The notes under the pieces are model-generated. The model saw only the letters and a list, made by a program, of their open reading frames with translations, was not told the origin of the DNA and did not search any database. Shown here in pieces: positions 11,691 to 20,458 of a DNA stretch of 33,351 bases. Both the position numbers and the translations under genes were made by a program. The DNA comes from Dicyema japonicum. Its lineage: Eukaryota > Animalia > Dicyemida. Position 1 is the stretch's first letter, and the number at the start of each line of letters is the position of its first letter. The DNA is taken from contig RDEW01000103.1 in assembly GCA_011109175.1 (NCBI GenBank), forward strand, positions 51,890 to 85,240, given 5' to 3'.

Positions 11691-11942
11691 TCATGTGATT
11701 TTTATTTCAAAAAAAATTCCTGATTCTTTTTGAGACTGAGTCAAATCCTTAAGGATATTGATAAAACAGATCACAGTTTTTAAATTTAGAAAATGGCAAA
11801 GCAGATGAACTGAGTCAGAAAGGGGAGGTGAGTAGATGTTGACTGACTTTTTAAAAATCATTTTAGCAATGAAAAAGGGTAAACAACCTTTTTCGCAAAC
11901 ATGATGGCAGCAACTTTTTTCTCGACCAAATTCCTTTTTCAT
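11691..11942 (-). other. Possible orphan host gene or gene fragment
   Basis: 83-codon ORF with no TE motif. It contains an in-frame 27-nt GT..AG segment (11748-11774) and a 21-nt GT..TG segment (11867-11887) resembling this genome's introns. No recognisable homology. Confidence 0.25.
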
Positions 11943-12049
11943 CTTTAATAGTATAGGGTTATGATTTCTTAATGAGTATTAAATGATTGAAGAGGAGAAG
12001 CGACAGGGTGTGATATCAGGTGGTTTCAGGCTTTTTATGTATATTATTA

Positions 12050-12830
12050 TATACCTCGAAAAATAGGGTACCAAGAAGTTAAAACATCTAATTAAGTGAT
12101 CCCAGAGACATCAACAGGATCGAGAGGTTTTTATGTGCCCTTCTGCAGTAGCCATAGCATCTCTAAATCCACGAAGCTTTTTTTCATTAGAATTTGGAGA
12201 GCTGTTGATTTATTCCTCAATTTACGTATTTTGGAGGCTTCTAACGATTGGATTCGAGCACCAGAGAGTGATGAAACTGGATTATTGAGGGAATAGTTGG
12301 CAGAGAAATTAGCTCTTAAAGGATTAATCGTGCAGAGGTTTGAAGTTGAAATTCTGTTAGGCCAGGAAACAAAAGCATATTCTAGCGTCGGCTTTAAGAG
12401 CTGATTATATAAGACGGCAACGTATTCTTGTGAAGGCTGAGTCCTGGGTTTAAAAATGATTTAATGATGTCGAGTTTCCGGAGGTCCTTTGCCGGAACGT
12501 TCGTCACGGAAAAAGAAAGCAAGTAATACTAGGTCACTCGCAGTATTCTTGGATGTTTTTAAGTGGAATGATATCTCCATAGAGGCCTATTTATAACGAA
12601 TCCTTTTGTCTCCGGTCGGTGGTAAAAATGTTATATGAATATTTTTCATGGAAGTCTGTTCAAAACAGGCAAGCACTCAGGTCGTTAATGTTTGACTGAA
12701 TTACAGATTTTTCCATATCCAAATATCTGTTTCTGCTTGCAATAATTGTATTGAAAATCGTTAGTGTTTCCGCCTACGACATAAGTGGAAGTATTACATT
12801 CGTAGCAAAACAGATCAAAAAATCCCTTTA
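12050..12830 (-). mobile_element. Degenerate 3' part of a Jockey/I-like LINE (RT C-terminus and 3' end)
   Basis: TIIASRNRYLDMEKSVIQSNINDL and EKYSYNIFTTD align with VIASRDRDVQ.. and EKSVTTLFTSD at 19700-19840. LYNQLLKPTLEYAFVSW is present. The tctgggatcac..attag end motif is shared with 20293-20312. Confidence 0.75.
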
Positions 12831-12965
12831 GCTCTAAGGAGGTATTTCCGTATTTGAGGTATTTTAGGGTCAAATTATCAATATAATTTATAGGAAAGAT
12901 GTCGGAGAGAAATCAAAGTGAGAGGAAAATAAATTATTAAAGACACAAAAAGAATATTAATAAGA

Positions 12966-15241
12966 TCACAATGTCATAAATGCATCATTTCTATTTCTGG
13001 GATCTAATTTATATGCCTTGCACTTTGTATAAACAGCTAAAGAAGATTCCCCCAAATGATCATATATCTAATATTACAAACCAACAACTTCAGACAAAAG
13101 AGAGACAATCATCCACTCATCTGGCATTTCTTTTACTAAATTTTCCAAGATTAATCGAGCTTCCTACATTTATTATCCTATAAACTTGTAAATTTCCCCG
13201 TTTTTCCAGAGTTACAGCCTTATAGAACCTACATAGAGGATTGGTAGGGTACAACTGAATAGCAATGTTCAAGTAAGCCATGGAAAGGTCATTTTGTCCC
13301 AAAGCAGATGCCATCTAAGTAAATTATAATAATACCACACTAGACTGACACAAGAGAGCAGAATGATTAGGATTAATAGAGAGAGCCCGTTTGACATAAC
13401 TGTCAGCTGAAGAACAATTTCCGTTTTTATAGTTGACAACAGAGAGTCCATACCTGCATTATCACAAAAACAACCAAGAATTATAATGTTGAGTGTCCAA
13501 TCTCACAGCAGTGTTGAAACAACTGGTGGCCTTCAACAAATCCCCACTATAAATATACTCATGCCCTAATAAGGAATATCCATAACAGAATCGAGGATCA
13601 ATCTTTAATCAAACAATCTGCCACCTGAATAGCCCTACTGAAGAACTGAATAGCTGCTTGGTGATCATTCTGCAGACTGAAAGCATTCCCAGCAGCACAC
13701 CATGACTATACTCATCCCAAGTAACTACCTGTGGCAGTCGTGTACTGAAGGCGAGCATTTCACGTGCCAGTCCTGACAGATCTGTCTGTTTGTGTTGATG
13801 CCAGAGTGCTGTACTGTAAAATTCCATCCCCTCAGCCCTATAAGGGGCCAATCTGTGAGCACGTGCAAAGGCAGAACATGACTAAAATAAGTATCCCCCA
13901 ACCTTAGAATAAGCCCCAATATCAAAAAATCCTTTCCCAATTGCCGATTGAATAAAGAAAGTATTGTAAAATAATTCAGACAACTCCCTGAGAGTATCTT
14001 CAGCCTTCATGGGCTCAAACAAATACAGAGACTTGAATCCCCGAGTAAGTTTGTCCAGTAGTTGAGATATGAATTCTTATTATTAACAAAAACCACCAAA
14101 TTCACTATTTTCATTACTCTCTGGCTGTATTTTAATTTCCTCACCTTCATTAACAGAGACGACAGAGCTTTTGATAATTTTAGACTTTGTCTTCCTCAAA
14201 ATAGTAGAGGTTTTGTGCCTGATAGTGTTATCGTCCCTAGAATTTTCCTAAATTATTACAACAAAACTCACTTTATATGATGATGACCCTGCAGATTTGA
14301 CAGCACGGGATGTTGGAGTACTAAACTGAGTCCTCTTGGTTACCTTTCCATTGGTGTTTTTATTTTAGAGTGAGGAACCAGAGTGTTCCCTCTTAATGGA
14401 GACAACATATTGTGTTTGGCAAGGAGGGATGACCTCTGGGATCGTCAAAGTAATATTATACAAATTTGCTGGTAGTCAGTTGTTTGGGAGCTGTCTCTCT
14501 GTTCCTGGGGAGACTAGAGAATTCCAGAGAATTCTCTCCAACAGTGAGGGATTGTCTTTTTCCAAACAAATCCTGATTTAAGTAAAAGATCAAACCTTAG
14601 GGAGTGTTTCCCTTAAGTTCTCAGAAGAAAAGAGATCTCCTGGAAGTTCAGTCTCTCTTATTTGACAGAGAATCTCATAGGACTCCCATAGGTAAGGATT
14701 AAGTCGCAAACTATTCTTGAGGAACCTCTGAGCAAGGATCATTCTGTCAGTATGACTGTCAATATGATAAATCAGATAAACCGGTATATTTTTCCAAGGA
14801 TTTGGTAGACGTAAGGAAGAAGGTCACCAAAATGTGAGGAGGCAACGCTGTCTGGTTCTGAGTGATTGAATTTGAGGGAGGGACAACTCTGAGTGAGAGC
14901 ATTCTCGGCTTCATTAAATCTTTGTGAGTAATGAAATACTACTTTTGTAGTTCTAGACAACATTTTGCTAGTAAATAGCGAGAAGAAGGATAATCAGGAC
15001 CCACATGCTTTAGAAATTCGTACATAATTTCCCGCTTATTTTGGTTGAGTAAACAAATGACAAAGAGATACATGTTCTCGTCGTTAGGATTTGTTTCTTA
15101 ATATTATATTACTATCTCTGTATGCCATATCTGCCAGGAATGAGGCGTCTTGAATATCCTGAGAGATGTAGGAATGCCAGGCTGCGTTCTATCGGGAATA
15201 ATAATTAAATAAACTGTCAAATGGGTTCCACACTTCAGCAT
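12966..15241 (-). CDS. CDC27: Anaphase-promoting complex subunit 3 (TPR protein), about 636 aa, 17 exons
   Basis: RYLLAKCCLEL, LRLNPYLWESYEILC, YRAEGMEFYSTALWH, SWCAAGNAFSLQ, YSLLGHEY, HYNSWYGL, NPLCRFYKA. Introns: 15189-15214, 15091-15112 (GT..AA, or 15097-15112 GT..AG), 14920-14942, 14756-14781, 14573-14595, 14436-14461, 14321-14343, 14248-14271, 14076-14096, 13882-13902, 13706-13728, 13603-13624, 13454-13474, 13315-13335, 13164-13185, 13068-13088. The spliced length of 1911 nt is in frame. Confidence 0.95.
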
Positions 15242-15254
15242 TAAGTTTTTTTTT

Positions 15255-15934
15255 NNNNNNNNNNNNNNNNNNNNNNNNNNNNNNNNNNNNNNNNNNNNNN
15301 NNNNNNNNNNNNNNNNNNNNNNNNNNNNNNNNNNNNNNNNNNNNNNNNNNNNNNNNNNNNNNNNNNNNNNNNNNNNNNNNNNNNNNNNNNNNNNNNNNNN
15401 NNNNNNNNNNNNNNNNNNNNNNNNNNNNNNNNNNNNNNNNNNNNNNNNNNNNNNNNNNNNNNNNNNNNNNNNNNNNNNNNNNNNNNNNNNNNNNNNNNNN
15501 NNNNNNNNNNNNNNNNNNNNNNNNNNNNNNNNNNNNNNNNNNNNNNNNNNNNNNNNNNNNNNNNNNNNNNNNNNNNNNNNNNNNNNNNNNNNNNNNNNNN
15601 NNNNNNNNNNNNNNNNNNNNNNNNNNNNNNNNNNNNNNNNNNNNNNNNNNNNNNNNNNNNNNNNNNNNNNNNNNNNNNNNNNNNNNNNNNNNNNNNNNNN
15701 NNNNNNNNNNNNNNNNNNNNNNNNNNNNNNNNNNNNNNNNNNNNNNNNNNNNNNNNNNNNNNNNNNNNNNNNNNNNNNNNNNNNNNNNNNNNNNNNNNNN
15801 NNNNNNNNNNNNNNNNNNNNNNNNNNNNNNNNNNNNNNNNNNNNNNNNNNNNNNNNNNNNNNNNNNNNNNNNNNNNNNNNNNNNNNNNNNNNNNNNNNNN
15901 NNNNNNNNNNNNNNNNNNNNNNNNNNNNNNNNNN
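15255..15934. other. Assembly gap (680 N)
   Basis: Run of N preceded by a T homopolymer. Confidence 1.
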
Positions 15935-16510
15935 GGAATTTACTTCACTGCATGAATGTACCTATTCCGAAATGCTTAGGATTGTAAAAAGAGAGTACGT
16001 CCATGGAAACTGGTTTTTTATTGAAATTACATACTTGATCCCAAAATATGAAGCGCCACAGTCGCCAAAGGACCTACGCCCTATTACATGCATGTCATCA
16101 CTCTATTTACTTATGACAAATTGTATCAATGCCAAGTTAGTGGATTATGTGGAAGCGTTTGCCCTTATTTCTGAAAACCAAATAAGAACAAGGAAGAGAT
16201 GTCAGGGTGCTAAAGAATATGCACGAGTCAAAAATTACTTAATAAAGTAAATGGAGGTGGATTGATGTCAAAAAAGCATTTGACTAGGTTGACCACAACT
16301 TTTTAATGAAAGTCCATGAAAAATCCGGAATCCCCTAATAAACCATTAAAGTTGTGAGATTACTATTATGCATTAGAGAGTGAAAATAATGTTGAATAAT
16401 TCAAAATATTCGTGATATTCAGATTGAAAGGAGAATTTTGTAGGGGGATAGTCTATCCCACATGTTATTTGTCTTAGTGCTTGATCCACTTAGCCATTTA
16501 TTGACATAAA
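15935..16510 (+). mobile_element. RT N-half fragment of an RLE-type (R4/Dong-like) retrotransposon
   Basis: TYLIPK..LRPITCMSSLY..ENQ..CQGAKE, WIDVKKAFD and GDSLS, with stops and frameshifts. Confidence 0.8.
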
Positions 16511-17296
16511 GGTAACCTTACATCACCAAAAATCATATGATAACATAACACACTCATCATCATTGAGCACAAAAATCGAGATGGAACCATATCTTTTTTG
16601 AAAGGAAATAGATCCACTGCTGAAGTTTGGAAAATTACTCGAGACGTCTCATGAGAGGATGGAAGATCATCTGAGGTGGATCACAGGCAAAAGGATTTAA
16701 ATAACCTCATAAAGTATTACCTGAAAATATAAGAAGTCGGGTGTACCTCTTTATATTTCAGTAAACCGAAAAAAACCTGATTTGATTTACTTTACTGAAA
16801 ACGACGTGAGAAATGTATTGAAAGTCATTAAAACAGCCTATTCTAACGGACCGGATAAGATCCCAGTGATCCTCCTACAAAATCTTGGGGATTATAAAAT
16901 CGCTACATTAAAAACAAAAATTTTATTCCAGCCTTATGGAGCTTACCCACCTACGTCCAATGTTGAAATCCGGAAAAATGAATAAACATCCGGCTTCATA
17001 CAGGCCGATGGCGTTATTGTGTTCGTTTTTGAAAATCCTGGAAAAACTAGTACTTGCAAAAATTTTCTCCCGGACATGCCATTTAAACGTGGTTTTAAAG
17101 AGATGTCTACTTCGGCCATTTTCCTGGATTGACTGACTTTATAGGATATTGTTTTTCGCAGATACCGCAATACATCAAGACCAGGGGTGTCAAACATGCG
17201 GCCCTCGGAAAGTGTAGGTGCGGCCCGAGAGCCTCATGCGCAACAGTAATGTTTAGTGGAGTTCGTTAAATGCAACAGTACCGTGCAGCCCGATTT

Positions 17297-17549
17297 ATTT
17301 ATTTAATAACTCCGAAAAGGGAACACCAAGAAAGAAGGAGTAAACCAACAAATTAAGGTACGCCTCAACAGGATCGAGAGGTTTTTCCTGTGTTCCTCCA
17401 GAGTACCCACGGCTTTCAGTGAAGTTTTTAGTCTCGTGGCGTCATGTGGTTCACCTTTTGTGGTAGAGCTCAGTGTAATAATACACCAAAAAGAACCATT
17501 TGCTCTTCCCCATCCAGACTCTTTATGCCTGGATGGTATACCTCAACTA
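17297..17549 (-). mobile_element. 5'-truncated LINE 3'-end insertion inside the hAT
   Basis: 12-bp TSD gcagc(c/t)cgattt at 17285-17296 and 17550-17561. (TAAA)n tail at the left end. aaaaacctctcgatcctgttga is shared with the LINE end at about 12113-12135. Confidence 0.75.
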
Positions 17550-17766
17550 GCAGCTCGATTTGATGGCTATAAAACAAAATATTTTAATTTTAATTATAAA
17601 ATATTTAATTAATTTTAATGATTTCTTTAACCAGAAACATAGTTGCCAAACATATCAAAGAAATGTCTTCGCATTTGAAACACCAATTAAAGTCTGAATT
17701 GTTTAAATTTGAATATTTTTTAACTGCGATCTATGAAGCGGTCGACGTTATTGGAATTGCACAATT

Positions 17767-18087
17767 TTTTAATAGTCATTTCACGAGAGCCATAGTATTT
17801 ATGGCTCCGCATAGGCAGGACACACACTTTATTTACGTAAAGACCAGTTAATTTTAACAAATCGTAGAACCAAGGATTGATTTTCACTTCTTTTTTCTTT
17901 TTCTTGTGTGTGGGTCCTTTCTATAGATAATCCAGTTCCGCAGTAAGTATTTACTGATGACGGCGTCACTCGTCAAACCCTTTTGGCATCGTAGATGCGT
18001 GGAACCTTCCACCAGGTGAACAGCAGCAAGAATCGAACCCGTAACCTAATCACTTTAGCCCGACACCTAACCACTATGCCACCCGGC
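17767..18087 (-). mobile_element. tRNA-derived SINE, 321 bp, inserted in the hAT transposase
   Basis: Pol III A box TGGCATAGTGG (18071-18081) and B box GGTTCGATTC (18030-18039). 10-bp TSD TTGCACAATT at 17757-17766 and 18088-18097. Excision restores DVIGIAQLAIFFRA. 3' hairpin at 17787-17807. Confidence 0.9.
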
Positions 18088-20458
18088 TTGCACAATTAGC
18101 AATCTTTTTTAGAGCTTATGATTCAGATTTTAATATTTATGAAGAATTTCTCGAACTTGTACTACAAGTAAAGATATCTTTGTTAAACTGCTACAAATTC
18201 TCATTGACTATGGATTTGATTTAAATAAGCTTGTATGTTTGTGCTTCGAATATGGCTGGACCACATGCTGGAGTTGCTGCTAAATTGCGAGCTGAAATAG
18301 AAAAGTTAAATCCTGGGTCATCAATTGCGCATTTTCATTGTATCAACAGCAAAATTTGTGCTCAAAAATTTTAAAAATGGAAAATACAATTAGTTTGATC
18401 AAGAAAACAATTAACTATAAGTCATGCCCTCAACCACCGCCAATTCAGTAAATTGCTGGTAGATATGAATAACCAGTTCAGCGACCTTCTTTTTATACTA
18501 CAGTACGTTGGTTATCTCTTCACAAAGTTGTTAAGATTTTATTTATGGAAATGAAATGCCAAAACACAGACGAGATGAAAAGTGAATCTTGGATCCAAGA
18601 TTTGGTCTTTGCAGTTGATATTACCGCACATATGAACAACCTTAATTTGGAATTGCAAGGCAAAAACAAGCTCATAAGTCAGTTGTCAGATGATATCAAG
18701 TGTTTTATTTCGAAAATAAAATTATGGAAGTCTTAGCTATTAAATGAAGATTTAGTTCATTTTTCTACTTGTAAAGAACTGAGGAGTATTGTTGGTGCAC
18801 ATACTGTAATGAATTTTTCCAAGTATGAAACTGGATTTTTTGTTATAAGAATTTCATAAAGATTTAATGATTTCTCGTCTTTTGAACAAGAATTTTCATT
18901 ATTCACAACACCATTTGCTTTTAATACTTTCAATGCAGATAAAAGTTTACAAATGGAATTGTTGGAGTTCCAATCAGATTCTATTCTAAAGGCTAAATAT
19001 TTGGAAGTTGGAATACCTGGATTCCTGTCACATCTTCCTTAAAAATTTAAAAACTTTAAAAATTTTGCTACGAAAATAATTGCTATGTTTGACATATGTG
19101 TGTAATAACTTTTTACATTTATGAAAATAACAAAAACTGTTCAAAGAACAAGACTCACTGATGAAAATTTATCGGCTTTAATAAAGTCGGGACTACACGA
19201 ATAATTAAGCCCGACATATCAAAAATTGTATCCGAAAAAAATGTCAATCATTTGGAAGTTGCTCTAAGCACGATTAGAAGATGGTTATTACATATTTAGT
19301 TTTCCCTTATTTTTGGTTTTTAATTAAAATAAATAATCTTTCCTTGATGAAAAATTATTATAAATGCGGCCCTCAAAGCTAAATGAGTTTGACACCTCTG
19401 ATCAAGACTGTACTTTGCTCCATTGACGTCCACAAAGCTTTTGACTCTGTCAAGGAAATTCTTATTTGGAAAATTTACATAACAAAGATCCCTGGAAAGC
19501 TTAAACTTTGGTTAACTTCCATAGCCGTCGGATGGGACGCGTCTGCATTAGACAGCCAAGATGTATTTCTCGACTTCTTCCTAATGATGTTTCATCAATG
19601 ATCCCCTTGGTCTCCATTACTATTCAATCTATTCACGGCTGATCTCCTCACACCTGACGTCGAAAATGATATTCTTCTGACTTATGCCGACGACATTGTC
19701 ATTGCGTCACGTGATCGAGACGTCCAGATAGCTATTTCGATATTGCAACAAAATATGTACCATCTTAACGAATGGTTATTGAAGAATCGCCTGTCAACTA
19801 GCACTGAGAAGTCCGTCACAACTCTCTTTACATCAGACAAGAGTCTGGAAAGACGGAAGATCGATTTGAAAACTAGCAATGGTGTTCAGAAAATCCCATG
19901 CATGGGTGACTTTGACATGCACATGTCATTCTCCACTTGTGTTGAAAATGTAATTACAAAATGTTAAAAAACTAATGTTTTGAAATGTCTATCTAGATTA
20001 TGGAAGATAGTCATAATCTGAATACTATCTACAACCAATTCACTGAGCCTTGCATTTCTTATGATGTGGCAACATTGGTCCATTCATTTCTTGGACAAAT
20101 ATGTTCGAGATCGAAGCTAGCCGAAAAAGAGTCTCCAAAATTACGGAACGAAGGACTTCTGAAAAGTCCCAGCCTCCAATGCCTCTAGAATTCATGAAAG
20201 GCATGAACAGTGGAACTTGCCGTTCTGACTACGATGATCCAGTCATTCGGTCGATAAGTGCTTGTGTGGGGTCAAGGGAGGGGCAAGTTGAGGTCTGGGA
20301 TCACGTGATTAGTTAGTTTGTGTAGCCGTGGTGTTATTATTGAAAGGATTGAACGTCTAACAATAACAAAAATATTGTTCACTAAATAATGATTTTGAGT
20401 GTCAACCATCCTGAATAATATAAAAATAGGAAAAAACAAATTTATAATAGAATTTATC

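Larger units (their letters stand above)
17182..19400 (+). mobile_element. hAT DNA transposon (Charlie/SPIN/GTF2IRD2-like transposase), degenerate
   Basis: 14-bp TIRs CAGGGGTGTCAAAC (17182-17195) and GTTTGACACCTCTG (19387-19400), one mismatch. 8-bp TSD ATCAAGAC at 17174-17181 and 19401-19408. Subterminal TGCGGCCC at 17197, 17219 and 19365. Transposase remnants AQLAIFFRA, NMAG, FHCI, DLVFAVDITAHMNNLNLELQGK, QMELLEFQ, RTRLTDENL. Confidence 0.95.
16510..20312 (+). mobile_element. Degenerate Jockey/I-like LINE interrupted by a hAT transposon
   Basis: NRSTAEVWKITR, GPDKIPVILL, YRPMALL, then KTVLCSIDVHKAFDSV restored across the hAT excision point, PLSPLLFNLF and YADDIV. Same family as 26405-28480. 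Outer boundaries approximate. Confidence 0.85.

Noticed and set aside
12685-12873. Cys/Tyr-rich 62-aa host gene downstream of CDC27
   Set aside because: Another frame of the same strand aligns with the LINE RT segment after YADD, so it is TE-derived.
18015-18087. tRNA gene on the minus strand
   Set aside because: A and B boxes are present, but the 5' gccgggt has no complementary 3' acceptor strand, and the unit is part of a 321-bp TSD-flanked insertion. It is a SINE head.
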